Shown here one piece after another: positions 16,594-26,822 of a stretch of DNA of 64,000 bases. Below the pieces are notes generated by a model, which worked only from the letters and a program-made list of their open reading frames with translations, did no database searches and was not told the origin of the DNA. The position numbers and the translations under genes are program-made. Positions within the stretch are counted from its first letter, which is position 1. The number at the start of each line of letters is the position of its first letter. This stretch comes from an uncultured Clostridia bacterium. GTDB taxonomy: Bacteria; Bacillota; Clostridia; TANB77; CAG-508. The stretch is from positions 5,290 to 69,289 of the forward strand of contig CAKOPZ010000005.1 in the NCBI GenBank assembly GCA_934101145.1. The letters run 5' to 3'.

Positions 16594-17979
16594 ATGAAAA
16601 AGAATTTTAGATTTTACGTAGCTTTATGGGGAGCAAAAGCAGGAACAATTTTGTTAAAATTATTAAGAAGAAATGCTTCATTTTTTCCTGGAAAGTTTGC
16701 AATAACAGTTTGCCCTGATTTTATGGCAAGAATTGATAAACCTAAAACGGTTATTGCTGTTACTGGAACAAACGGAAAAACTACAGTATGCAATATGATA
16801 GAGGATGTGCTAAAAGATAATAATTATAGTATTATAGATAATAAACTTGGATCAAATGTAGAGTCTGGTGTAGTAACAGCCTTTATAAAAGGTGCGAGTT
16901 TAGCTGGAAAGACTAAAAAAGATATTGCAGTATTAGAAGTGGATGAAAGAAGTGCAAATAAAGTGTACAAGTATTTGACGCCTACATACTTAATTTGTAC
17001 AAATTTATTTCGTGATTCGATGGTTAGAAATGCACATGCAGAATTTATTGCAGATATATTGAGTAAATATATTCCAAGAGATACAAAGCTAATTTTAAAT
17101 GGTGATGATTTAATTTCTTGCAATATTGCACCAGAAAATAATAGAGTTTATTTTGGAATTGATAGAATATCAACTGATACAGATGAATGTCATAATATTG
17201 TACGTGATATTGTTGTTTGTCCAAAATGTAATGGAAAATTAAAGTATGATTTTGTTAGATATCATCATATTGGACGAGCCCATTGTGAAAAGTGTGATTT
17301 TGGCTCACCTAAAATTAATTACGAAGTAACAAACTTAGATATTGAAAATAAAAAAATGACGATGAATGTTGCAGGAAAAGAAGAGACTTATGATTTGATT
17401 ACAGATGGAATTATAAACATATATAATATGGTCGCTGTAATTAGTTTATTTAAAGAGCTTGGATTTGATGCAGAAAAAATAAATAATTCGTTAAAAAAAC
17501 AAAAAATAGTTGAGACAAGATTTGCTGTAGAACAAGTTAAGGATAAAAAAATTGTTACACATTTAGCAAAGGGAATGAATCCTATTGCTTGCTCAAGAGT
17601 ATTTGACTATATTAAAAAAGAACCAGGAAACAAGGCAGTTATATTAATACTTGATGATTTTCATGATGCACATGATAGTTCAGAAAATATAACCTGGCAT
17701 TATGATACAGATTATGAATTTTTAAATGATGAGAGTATAAAACAAGTAATTACGACAGGTGTAAGAAATTTGGATACATATGTACGTTTGCAAATGGCAG
17801 GTATTCCAAAAGAAAAAATTGTTCATATGCGAGATGAAGTTGAAGCAGCAAGCAATATTAAATTAGATGGAATTGATACAATTTTTATTTTATATGATAT
17901 TTATACAATCCATTTAAGAGATGCTGTTAAAAAGGAAGTTGAAACTGTAATAAATGATGAGGAAAAAGGGAAGGAATGA
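16594..17979 (+). CDS. murT: MurT-like Mur-ligase family protein (lipid II isoglutaminyl synthase ligase subunit homolog)
   Basis: P-loop VTGTNGKTT and Cys4 ribbon CPKCNGKL...HCEKCDF. The C-terminal region is DUF1727-like. Probable start is MKKNFRF at 16594 (the ORF track starts at 16525). Confidence 0.75.
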   Translation: MKKNFRFYVALWGAKAGTILLKLLRRNASFFPGKFAITVCPDFMARIDKPKTVIAVTGTNGKTTVCNMIEDVLKDNNYSIIDNKLGSNVESGVVTAFIKGASLAGKTKKDIAVLEVDERSANKVYKYLTPTYLICTNLFRDSMVRNAHAEFIADILSKYIPRDTKLILNGDDLISCNIAPENNRVYFGIDRISTDTDECHNIVRDIVVCPKCNGKLKYDFVRYHHIGRAHCEKCDFGSPKINYEVTNLDIENKKMTMNVAGKEETYDLITDGIINIYNMVAVISLFKELGFDAEKINNSLKKQKIVETRFAVEQVKDKKIVTHLAKGMNPIACSRVFDYIKKEPGNKAVILILDDFHDAHDSSENITWHYDTDYEFLNDESIKQVITTGVRNLDTYVRLQMAGIPKEKIVHMRDEVEAASNIKLDGIDTIFILYDIYTIHLRDAVKKEVETVINDEEKGKE

Positions 17980-18689
17980 GATTTAATATGAAGATAGAAA
18001 TATTATTTCCAGAGTTTTGCAATTTGTTTGGAGATATAAGCAACATGAAATATTTAAAAAAGTGCTTACCTGATGAGGAATATATAGAGACATCAATTGA
18101 AGATGAGCCAGCATTTGTATCTCAAGATGTAAACTTTATATACATGGGTGCAATGACAGAAAGAACACAAGATAAAGTAATTGCAAAATTAAAACCATAT
18201 AAAGAAAGAATACAAGAATTAATAGAAAAAAATGCTATATTTTTAGTAACAGGAAATGCAATTGAGATATTTGGCAAATACATAGAAAATGAAGATGGAA
18301 GTAGAATAGAAGGTTTAGGAATCTTTGATGTATATGCTAAAAGAGATATGATGCATAGACATAATAGCCTATTTACAGGAAAGTATGAAGATATAGAAAT
18401 TGTTGGATTTAAGAGCCAATTTACTATGATGTATGGAAATATAGACAGCAATTATTTTATAGAAGTTGAAAAAGGAGTTGGAATTAATCCAGAATGTAAA
18501 TATGAAGGAATAAAGCAAAACAATTTCTTTGGAACATATTTAACAGGACCATTACTTATTATAAATCCACTATTTACTAAAAAAATATTAAAAATGCTTG
18601 GAAAAGAAGATACAAAACTTGCTTTTGAAGAGGATTGCACAGAAGCATATAAGGTTAGATTAGAGGAATTTAAGAGAGTTCCAGCCTAA
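17976..18689 (+). CDS. GatD-like (CobQ-type GATase) protein lacking the expected catalytic Cys/His
   Basis: Start overlaps the murT stop (ATGA). Collinear with GatD (EGLGIFDVYA..., FFGTYL.GP). The nucleophile motif reads VTGNAIEIFG instead of ICGGYQxLG, and GTYLHGP reads GTYLTGP. Confidence 0.65.
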   Translation: MRFNMKIEILFPEFCNLFGDISNMKYLKKCLPDEEYIETSIEDEPAFVSQDVNFIYMGAMTERTQDKVIAKLKPYKERIQELIEKNAIFLVTGNAIEIFGKYIENEDGSRIEGLGIFDVYAKRDMMHRHNSLFTGKYEDIEIVGFKSQFTMMYGNIDSNYFIEVEKGVGINPECKYEGIKQNNFFGTYLTGPLLIINPLFTKKILKMLGKEDTKLAFEEDCTEAYKVRLEEFKRVPA

Positions 18690-18758
18690 AAATAACAACT
18701 ATTGAAAAATATGTATTTATGTGATATAAATATGTAAATAAAATTATAGGAAATAGAT

Positions 18759-19796
18759 ATGAAAAATATAAAAGATTTTAATTTAGACGAATTACAAGAA
18801 GAACTTGTGTCAATTGGTGAGAAAAAGTATAGAGCAGAGCAAATTTTTAAGTGGATATATGTAGAAAAAGTAAAAGAGTTTGATGAAATGACTAATCTTT
18901 CACTTGAACTTAGAGAAAAGCTTAAAGCTAACTATACAATGTGTAATTACAAAATTTTAAGAAAACAAGAATCTTCAGATGGAACAAAAAAATACTTATT
19001 TGATGTACTTGATTCAAATGCAATTGAAACAGTACTTATGCAATATCATCATGGAAAAACCATATGTGTTTCATCTCAAATTGGATGCAAGATGGGGTGC
19101 AAATTTTGTGCATCAACTGGGGTTCAATTTGTAAGAAGTTTGACAGCAGGTGAAATTGTAGAGCAAATTTTAGCAGTTGAGCAAGATATCAATGATAAAA
19201 TATCAAATGTAGTATTTATGGGAATTGGAGAGCCTTTTGACAATTATGATAATGTAATGAAGGCAATAAAAATAATAAATAATCAAAAGGGGCTAAATAT
19301 AGGTGCAAGACATATAAGTGTTTCTACAAGTGGACTTGTTCCAAAAATTTATGATTTTGCAAATGAAGACCTTCAATGTACACTTTCAATATCACTTCAT
19401 GCTACAAATGATGAAAAAAGAAGTAGTATGATGCCAGTAAATAAAAGATATTCTATAGAAGAACTTATGGAAGCCTGCAGGTATTACATAGATAAAACAA
19501 ATAAAAGAATATCTTTTGAATATGCACTTGCAAAGGACAATAATGATAATTTGGATGATGCAAAAGAGTTGGTTAAATTATTAAAAGGTATGCTTTGTCA
19601 TGTTAATTTGATACCAATTAATAAGATAGAGAATGGAAGTTATACAAAAAGCACAAATGAAAATATAATAAAGTTTAGAGATTATTTAAATGATAATGGA
19701 ATAGTTGCAACAATTAGAAGAGAACTGGGTTCAGATATAGATGCAGCATGTGGACAGCTTAGGAGGAAAAATTTAAAAAATCAGGAGGAAAAATAA
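18759..19796 (+). CDS. rlmN: 23S rRNA/tRNA adenine-C2 methyltransferase (radical SAM)
   Basis: KYRAEQIFKWIY N-terminus and CxxxCxxC cluster CKMGCKFC. Confidence 0.9.
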   Translation: MKNIKDFNLDELQEELVSIGEKKYRAEQIFKWIYVEKVKEFDEMTNLSLELREKLKANYTMCNYKILRKQESSDGTKKYLFDVLDSNAIETVLMQYHHGKTICVSSQIGCKMGCKFCASTGVQFVRSLTAGEIVEQILAVEQDINDKISNVVFMGIGEPFDNYDNVMKAIKIINNQKGLNIGARHISVSTSGLVPKIYDFANEDLQCTLSISLHATNDEKRSSMMPVNKRYSIEELMEACRYYIDKTNKRISFEYALAKDNNDNLDDAKELVKLLKGMLCHVNLIPINKIENGSYTKSTNENIIKFRDYLNDNGIVATIRRELGSDIDAACGQLRRKNLKNQEEK

Positions 19797-19800
19797 ACTT

Positions 19801-20523
19801 ATGGTTTTTGCAAAAACAGATATAGGAAAAGCAAGGGAGCAAAATCAAGACTATTATTATATTACGCCAGATGATGAAAACCCTAAGATTTACATTTTAG
19901 CAGATGGAATGGGTGGATACAAAGGCGGAGAAGTGGCAAGCAATTTGGCAACAAATGCAGTAAGAGAGTATGTAAAAAATCATCTTAAGGTTGAAAATAC
20001 GAAAGAAGAATTGATAGAGTTAGTTCGAAGTTCCATGATTTATGCAAATGAGGTAGTTTTTGAAAAATCAAAAGAAATTCAAGAACTTGAAGGAATGGGT
20101 ACTACACTTGAAGTTTGCTTAATATATAATAATAAAGCATATATTGGACATATTGGAGATAGCAGAATATATAGAATTCGAAAAGGAACGATGAGAAGAC
20201 TTACAAAAGATCACAGTTATGTTCAGCAACTTGTAGAAGAAAAAAAGATTACAAGAGAAGAGGCAAACAATCATCCTAAGAAAAATATGCTTACAAAGGC
20301 ACTTGGATGTACTCCATTTGTAGAACCAGACATAAGAGCAAGAAATGTAGAAAAAAATGATATTTTTATAATGTGCACAGATGGACTAACAAATATGGTA
20401 TCAGAAGAAGAAATTTGTGATACAGTTATTAAAAATCCAGAAAAGGCAGCAGAAGAGCTAGTAAAACAGGCAAATAATTTTGGTGGTTACGACAATATTA
20501 CTGTTGTAATCGTAGTATCATAA
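19801..20523 (+). CDS. stp: PP2C-family Ser/Thr phosphatase
   Basis: Motifs ADGMGG, GDSRIY and DNITVVIV. It sits in the conserved position upstream of prkC. Confidence 0.88.
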   Translation: MVFAKTDIGKAREQNQDYYYITPDDENPKIYILADGMGGYKGGEVASNLATNAVREYVKNHLKVENTKEELIELVRSSMIYANEVVFEKSKEIQELEGMGTTLEVCLIYNNKAYIGHIGDSRIYRIRKGTMRRLTKDHSYVQQLVEEKKITREEANNHPKKNMLTKALGCTPFVEPDIRARNVEKNDIFIMCTDGLTNMVSEEEICDTVIKNPEKAAEELVKQANNFGGYDNITVVIVVS

Positions 20524-20541
20524 TATAAGGGAGAGAAAGTT

Positions 20542-22533
20542 ATGAATTTAGAAGGTAGAGTTATAGGGAACCGTTATGAAATAATTAATCGAATTGGCAA
20601 TGGTGGTATGGCTACAGTATATAAAGCAAAAGACCTTACATTAAATAGATTTGTAGCTGTAAAGGTTTTAAGAGAAGAATTTACAACTGATGCAGAATTT
20701 ATAAAAAGATTTAATATAGAAGCTCAATCTGCAGCATCTTTAGCACATCCAAACATTGTGTCAATATTTGATGTAGGACAAGAAGATAATATTTACTATA
20801 TTGTAATGGAATTAATTCAAGGAAAAACTCTTAAGGAAATTATTGATGAAGATGGTGTACTTCCTTGGAAATGGTCACTAAATATTGCAATTCAAATTGC
20901 ATCAGCTTTAGAGACAGCACATAAACATAACATTATTCATAGAGATATAAAGCCACATAATATAATAATTACAGAAGATGGTGTTGCAAAGGTAACAGAT
21001 TTTGGAATTGCAAAAGCTGTATCAAATTCAACAATTACCGCATTTGGTACAACAATTGGATCAGTTCACTATTTTTCACCAGAGCATGCAAGAGGTGGAT
21101 ATACAGATGCAAAGTCAGACATATATTCACTTGGTGTTGTAATGTACGAAATGCTTACAGGAAGAGTTCCATTTGATGCAGATACACCCGTATCAATTGC
21201 ACTAAAACATATGCAAGAGGAACCTGTAGAGCCAATTAAATTAAATCCATCTATACCATATTCTGTTAATAAAATAATATTAAAAGCAATGAAAAAAGAT
21301 ACAAATTTAAGATATCAAAGTGCAACAGAAATGCTTAAGGATTTAACAATGGCACTAAAAGATCCAGATGGAAGTTTTGTTACAGATAGGGCAAATATAA
21401 ATAACGGATATACTCAAGTAGTACCAACACTTTCAGGAGAAGAAATAAAAAAAGAAGAAACACACGTGCCAAACAGAGAGGCTAAATCAAACGAAAAGAA
21501 AAAAGGCAAATTGGCTACATATTTAAAAGAACATCCTGCTATGAAAGTTTTACTAATTATATTACTTATTATATTAATACCTGTTGCTGGATTTTTTGCA
21601 ACAAAAGGGATATTAAATATTGGTAGAGCAAAAGATGTAGCACTTCCAAACTTCGTAAATATGACAAGAGAGGAAGCAGAGCAAGTTGCAAAAGACAATA
21701 ATTTAGTACTTGAAGTTGATGAACAATATGACAAAGATGTAGAACTTGGCAAAGTTATATCACAAGATCCAGGATATATGGAAAACTACAAAATAAAAGA
21801 AAAATCAACTGTAAAAATAGTTGTAAGTAAAGGAAGCAATACAAAAATTGTTCCTAAAATTGCAGGAGAGACTTACGACAATGCTGTAACACTACTTACA
21901 GAGCAAGAACTTGTTGCAGAAAAAGTAGAAGAGTCAAGTAGCAAGGTAGAGGCAGGTTATGTTATAAGACAAGATCCAGAAGCAGATACAGAGGTTAATG
22001 CAGGAGATACTATTAAGGTATATGTAAGTACAGGAATTAAACAAATTACAATGGATTATGTAATTGGTTCAAAAGAAGCGGATGCAAAGAAAAAACTTAA
22101 AGATTTAGGCTTTAGTGTAACAGTTGTATATGAAGAAGATACAACAAAAGATGATGGAGTTGTACTAAGACAATCAATTGATGCAGGAACTGTTTCAAAT
22201 GATGGTACAAAAGTTACAATTACTGTTAATAAAATAGCTCAAATAAAGCAAGGAACTGTAAATATTAATTTAAAATCATTAACAGGTGGTGTTATTGGCA
22301 AAGACGAGAATGGAAATGAAATAAATTCTACTGTAAAATTGGAAGTTAAAGTAACTTCACAAGGTTCAGAAGATACAGTATATAGCGAGAGTCATAGAAA
22401 AGATACAACAAGAGTTACAGTACCTGTTGAAGGAAAGGGAACAATTACAGTAAAAGTATTTATTGATGGAGTTAGAAAAGTACAAAAAACATTAGATTTA
22501 AATGGATCAAATACAGTATTAAACATTGATTAA
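20542..22533 (+). CDS. prkC: Ser/Thr protein kinase with extracellular PASTA repeats
   Basis: Hanks kinase motifs HRDIKPHNII and DFGIAKA, one TM helix (VLLIILLIILIPVAGFF), and repeated PASTA-like units. Confidence 0.9.
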   Translation: MNLEGRVIGNRYEIINRIGNGGMATVYKAKDLTLNRFVAVKVLREEFTTDAEFIKRFNIEAQSAASLAHPNIVSIFDVGQEDNIYYIVMELIQGKTLKEIIDEDGVLPWKWSLNIAIQIASALETAHKHNIIHRDIKPHNIIITEDGVAKVTDFGIAKAVSNSTITAFGTTIGSVHYFSPEHARGGYTDAKSDIYSLGVVMYEMLTGRVPFDADTPVSIALKHMQEEPVEPIKLNPSIPYSVNKIILKAMKKDTNLRYQSATEMLKDLTMALKDPDGSFVTDRANINNGYTQVVPTLSGEEIKKEETHVPNREAKSNEKKKGKLATYLKEHPAMKVLLIILLIILIPVAGFFATKGILNIGRAKDVALPNFVNMTREEAEQVAKDNNLVLEVDEQYDKDVELGKVISQDPGYMENYKIKEKSTVKIVVSKGSNTKIVPKIAGETYDNAVTLLTEQELVAEKVEESSSKVEAGYVIRQDPEADTEVNAGDTIKVYVSTGIKQITMDYVIGSKEADAKKKLKDLGFSVTVVYEEDTTKDDGVVLRQSIDAGTVSNDGTKVTITVNKIAQIKQGTVNINLKSLTGGVIGKDENGNEINSTVKLEVKVTSQGSEDTVYSESHRKDTTRVTVPVEGKGTITVKVFIDGVRKVQKTLDLNGSNTVLNID

Positions 22534-22536
22534 AAC

Positions 22537-22572
22537 AAAAAACTACACATGCAAATGTGTAGTTTTTGTTTT
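22537..22572. terminator. Bidirectional rho-independent terminator
   Basis: AAAAACTACACAT / ATGTGTAGTTTTT stem flanked by A- and T-runs. It lies between convergent genes. Confidence 0.75.
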
Positions 22573-22618
22573 GAAGTATTTTTGGTAAAATATGCTTTCC
22601 AGAAAGCAGGAAGGCAAT

Positions 22619-22855
22619 CTAAATTGACTTGCTATTATTGTATAATTCATCAGGACATATGTCTGAGCCATTTATCCATGCAATTGAAAGTCCGTCAATT
22701 TTTACAGTATTAAAAATTGCAATATTTTTTAAGTTCTCGAATTGCTTAAATTTCAAATAAGGTTTAACGTCAAATATTTTTTTCTCATTATTATCAAAAG
22801 TAATTAATAATTCATAATTTTCTAATGGAATAACATTAATAGCTCTAGGTCTCAT
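22619..22855 (-). CDS. DUF2442-family small protein
   Basis: MRPRAINVIPLENYELLITFDNNEKKIFDV... matches the DUF2442 pattern. GGAG lies 10 nt upstream of ATG 22855 (the ORF track uses GTG 22864). Confidence 0.6.
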   Translation of the reverse strand: MRPRAINVIPLENYELLITFDNNEKKIFDVKPYLKFKQFENLKNIAIFNTVKIDGLSIAWINGSDICPDELYNNSKSI

Positions 22856-22860
22856 ATAAA

Positions 22861-23127
22861 TCACTCCAATCCTTTTATTTTAATAATTTCTCCGTCATTA
22901 TTGTAAGAATACCAGGCTGCTTTTAGTTCATCTTGATGAAGTTCTATCCATGCATCAAGTAATTTTTTTTGCTTGTTTGGAATATATCCATCTAATACTT
23001 TACCATCTAAAGATACAGATATTTCATATTCGTTATATTTTATATGAATGTGTGGTTCGTTATGATGTCCACCTAACTCTTTATATATGTAGACAAGAAT
23101 ACCATAAAATTGCGAAATAAGCGGCAA
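22861..23127 (-). CDS. DUF4160-family small protein
   Basis: FYGILVYIY...HHNEPHIHIKY signature is typical of DUF4160. The stop overlaps the start region of the DUF2442 gene. Confidence 0.6.
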   Translation of the reverse strand: MPLISQFYGILVYIYKELGGHHNEPHIHIKYNEYEISVSLDGKVLDGYIPNKQKKLLDAWIELHQDELKAAWYSYNNDGEIIKIKGLE

Positions 23128-23358
23128 ATTATCACCTCCATTATAGCATATTATTTTTCAAATTTCAAATTTTGGAAATATTATACAGAAAAAAATCTTT
23201 TAGAAAGAAGACCTAGAAACTATAATAGATTTATAACATTATAGGAAAAATATGTCAACAAAAACATATCGACATAAATCGATAAATTGTACTAATTGTA
23301 AAAAAGAAAAATACATGATATAATGTGAAAGCAAAAGATAATTTTAGGAGGAAAGAGT

Positions 23359-24246
23359 TTGCAAAAAGGAATAATAATAAGTAATATATCTGATTTATAT
23401 CATGTAGAACTTGAAAATGACAAAATATATATTTGCAATGCAAGGGGTAAATTTAAAGAAAACGATATAAGCCCTGTTGCAGGAGATAGAGTAGAAATTG
23501 ATATTATAGATGAGCAAAAAGGTACAGGAGTTATAACAAAGATTGAAGACAGAATAAATGAAACGAAAAGGCCTAAAATGGCAAATTTAACACAAATTAT
23601 ACTTGTACTTTCAATGAAACTTCCAAAGCCTGATTTAGAACTACTAGATAAACAACTTGCGTATTGCGAATTTATGCATATAAAGCCTATAATTGTTCTT
23701 AACAAAGTTGATTTAGTTGATGAAGAGGTTGCAAACCATATACAAAATGTGTATGAAAAAATTGGATATGATGTTATAAAAACAAATGCGAAGATGCAAA
23801 TTGGTGTAGAGAAAATTAAATCACACTTAAAAAATAATATAACAGCTTTTTCAGGAAATTCTGGTGTTGGAAAATCAACATTAATAAATGCTTTGTTTAA
23901 CAGAGAAATGACTCAAGAGGGAATGGTAAGTAGCAAAAACAAGCGAGGAAAAAATACTACAACACAAGTACTACTTTACAAAGTACAAGAAAATAGCTAT
24001 ATAGCAGATACTCCTGGATTTTCTACATTTGAAATAACAGAGATAGAAAGCACTTATTTGTGCCATTATTTTATAGAGTTTGTACCGTATATAGAAAAGT
24101 GTGAATTTGTTGGATGTAGCCACATAAAAGAGCAGAATTGTGGTATAAAGCACGCTATAGAAGAAGGCAAAATATCACAGGAAAGATATGATAGATATTG
24201 CAAAATATATCAAGATTTAAAGCAAAAGGAGGCAAAAAAATGGTAG
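23359..24246 (+). CDS. rsgA: Ribosome small-subunit biogenesis GTPase
   Basis: TTG start 7 nt after AGGAGG. Circularly permuted GTPase motifs VLNKVDL and GNSGVGKSTLIN, plus a C-terminal Cys/His zinc motif. Confidence 0.88.
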   Translation: MQKGIIISNISDLYHVELENDKIYICNARGKFKENDISPVAGDRVEIDIIDEQKGTGVITKIEDRINETKRPKMANLTQIILVLSMKLPKPDLELLDKQLAYCEFMHIKPIIVLNKVDLVDEEVANHIQNVYEKIGYDVIKTNAKMQIGVEKIKSHLKNNITAFSGNSGVGKSTLINALFNREMTQEGMVSSKNKRGKNTTTQVLLYKVQENSYIADTPGFSTFEITEIESTYLCHYFIEFVPYIEKCEFVGCSHIKEQNCGIKHAIEEGKISQERYDRYCKIYQDLKQKEAKKW

Positions 24247-24902
24247 AAGTTTCAACATCAATTTTGAGTATAGATAAAGAAAATGCTATAAAAACTTTAT
24301 ACAACATAGAAACAGCAAAAACAGATTATTTTCATATAGATGTAATGGACGGAAAGTTTGTGAAGAAGAATACAAATGATGTAATGCTTGAGTACTGCGA
24401 GTATTTAAATAGTATTACAACAGTTCCACTTGATGTGCATTTAATGGTGAAGGATGTAGAACAATATATAAAAAGTTATTTGGTATTTGAACCAAATACT
24501 ATAACATTCCATTATGAAGCTGCAAAAAATGAAGATGAGTTAAAAAAATGGATAGATTTGCTTAAGGAAAACAATTGTAAGGTTGGCATTAGTATAAAGC
24601 CAGAAACACCGGTAGAAAAAATATATAAATTTCTTCCATATGTACACTTGGTTTTAGTTATGACAGTTGAACCTGGAGAAGGCGGACAAAAACTAATTGA
24701 TGATTGTGTTTTAAAAATGCAAGAATTAAAGCAATATATTGATGAAAATAATTTGGATGTATATATTGAGGCAGATGGTGGAATTAATACAGAAAATGCT
24801 GGAAAATTAGTGAATGCAGGCTGTGATATTATAGTTTCTGGAACTGCAATAACTAAATCAAATAATTTTGCAGAAACAATAAAAGAACTTAAAAATGCTT
24901 GA
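24240..24902 (+). CDS. rpe: Ribulose-phosphate 3-epimerase
   Basis: AAGGAGG upstream of ATG 24240, which overlaps the rsgA stop. Motifs HIDVMDGKFV and MTVEPGEGGQ are present. Confidence 0.88.
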   Translation: MVEVSTSILSIDKENAIKTLYNIETAKTDYFHIDVMDGKFVKKNTNDVMLEYCEYLNSITTVPLDVHLMVKDVEQYIKSYLVFEPNTITFHYEAAKNEDELKKWIDLLKENNCKVGISIKPETPVEKIYKFLPYVHLVLVMTVEPGEGGQKLIDDCVLKMQELKQYIDENNLDVYIEADGGINTENAGKLVNAGCDIIVSGTAITKSNNFAETIKELKNA

Positions 24903-24943
24903 CAAATTGAAATTTAATGATAGAATAAAAACATCATTATAAG

Positions 24944-25008
24944 ATAAAGATAGATTAAAAAAAAACCCCTTTTTGAGGTTTTGGATTTTTTAATCTATCT
25001 TTTTTTGT
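24944..25008 (+). terminator. Long AT-rich hairpin terminator after rpe
   Basis: ATAAAGATAGATTAAAAAA / TTTTTTAATCTATCTTT inverted repeat followed by a T-run. Confidence 0.6.
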
Positions 25009-25026
25009 TTTAGGAGGTAGTAAAAG

Positions 25027-26631
25027 ATGAAAACAAAGTACATTTTTGTTACAGGAGGAGTAGTATCAGGACTAGGAAAAGGAATAACTGCAGCATCACT
25101 TGGAAGACTATTAAAAAACAGAGGATATAGGGTAATTAATCAAAAGTTTGATCCATATATAAATGTAGATCCAGGAACAATGAGTCCATATGAGCATGGA
25201 GAAGTTTTTGTGACAGATGATGGAGCAGAGACTGATTTGGATTTAGGACATTATGAAAGATTTACTGATGTTAATTTGAATAAAAACTGTAGTGTTACAA
25301 TGGGAAAGATATACCAAGAAGTAATTGAAAGAGAAAGAAGAGGAGATTATCTTGGAAAAACAGTTCAGGTAATACCACATATTACTAATATGATAAAAGA
25401 AAAAATTTATTCTTTTGAAAATGATGATATAGATATAGTTATAACAGAAATAGGAGGAACAGTAGGGGATATTGAAGGATTATCTATTATTGAAGCTATT
25501 AGACAGGTAGGACTTGAAAATGCTGTAGAGGATGTTATATTTATTCATGTTACACTATTACCATACATAAGTGGCTCTAATGAGCTAAAATCAAAGCCAA
25601 CACAACATTCTGTAAAAGAGCTTCAATCATTTGGAATAAAACCAGATATTCTTGTGTGTCGTACAGAGGTTGATATTCCAGAAAATTTAAGAGAAAAGAT
25701 TGCACTATTTTGTAATGTAAGAAAAGAAAGTGTTATTGCAAATAAAACAGCATCTTGCTTATATGCAGTTCCATTAATGCTAGAGGAGCAGGGTCTTGCA
25801 AGAGAAGTGTGCAAGCATTTGCATCTTGAAAGTGTTGAACCTTGTAATGAGGCTTGGGCAGATATGGTTAAAAAAATAGAAGAACCTACAAACAAAGAAA
25901 TTACAGTTGGGATTGTTGGAAAATATGTAAAACTTGAGGATTCATATTTGTCTGTAATGGAAAGTTTGCATCATGCAGGATATGAAAATGGTGTAAAGGT
26001 AAATATTAAATTTATTGATAGTGAAACAGTAAATGAAAATAATGCAAAAGAAATACTAAAAGATTGCAATGGAATTATAGTTCCGGGAGGCTTTGGCGGA
26101 AGAGGAATAGAAGGGAAAATTCAAACTGTCAAATATGCTAGAGAAAATAAAGTACCATTTTTAGGTATATGTCTTGGAATGCAAATGGCTGTAATAGAAT
26201 TTGCAAGAGATGTGTTAAAACTTGAAAATGCTAATTCAGAAGAATTTGATGAAGTGTGTGAAAATCCTGTTATTCATATAATGTATGACCAAAAGGATTT
26301 AACTAAAAAAGGTGGAACTATGAGACTTGGAAGTTACCCATGTGTTATAAAAAAGGGAAGCATTGCAGAGAGCCTATATAAAGCAGATAGAATAGATGAA
26401 AGGCATAGACATAGATTTGAATACAATAATCAATATAGAGAAAATTTGGAAAATGCAGGACTTATCGTATCTGGTACATCTCCTGATGGCAAACTTGTGG
26501 AAATGGTTGAAATAAAAGACCATCCATATTTTATAGCTGCACAATTTCATCCAGAGTTTAAGTCAAGACCGGACAAGCCAGCACCATTATTTATGGGACT
26601 TGTTAAAGCATGCAAGAGATTGGCTAAGTAG
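25027..26631 (+). CDS. pyrG: CTP synthase
   Basis: [15 protein letters not shown]-terminus and GATase domain with GICLGMQ and HRHRFE. Confidence 0.95.
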   Translation: MKTKYIFVTGGVVSGLGKGITAASLGRLLKNRGYRVINQKFDPYINVDPGTMSPYEHGEVFVTDDGAETDLDLGHYERFTDVNLNKNCSVTMGKIYQEVIERERRGDYLGKTVQVIPHITNMIKEKIYSFENDDIDIVITEIGGTVGDIEGLSIIEAIRQVGLENAVEDVIFIHVTLLPYISGSNELKSKPTQHSVKELQSFGIKPDILVCRTEVDIPENLREKIALFCNVRKESVIANKTASCLYAVPLMLEEQGLAREVCKHLHLESVEPCNEAWADMVKKIEEPTNKEITVGIVGKYVKLEDSYLSVMESLHHAGYENGVKVNIKFIDSETVNENNAKEILKDCNGIIVPGGFGGRGIEGKIQTVKYARENKVPFLGICLGMQMAVIEFARDVLKLENANSEEFDEVCENPVIHIMYDQKDLTKKGGTMRLGSYPCVIKKGSIAESLYKADRIDERHRHRFEYNNQYRENLENAGLIVSGTSPDGKLVEMVEIKDHPYFIAAQFHPEFKSRPDKPAPLFMGLVKACKRLAK

Positions 26632-26781
26632 TGAAATGAGAAGACAAAGAACAAAGCGACTTTAGGTCGCCCTTTGTTCAAAGCCGATTTGAGTTTTCGA
26701 CTAAAAGGAGAAAATCTCAAAGGCAATAGCGATTGTAGCATTATTATATACTAGGAAATGAGAAATTTCCTAGTATATAAT

Positions 26782-26819
26782 AAAAACCTAGTTAAATTTA
26801 AAATTAACTAGGTTTTTTT
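26782..26819. terminator. Bidirectional terminator between convergent pyrG and the minus-strand membrane-protein gene
   Basis: AAAAACCTAGTTAA / TTAACTAGGTTTTTTT. Confidence 0.7.
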
Positions 26820-26822
26820 ACA

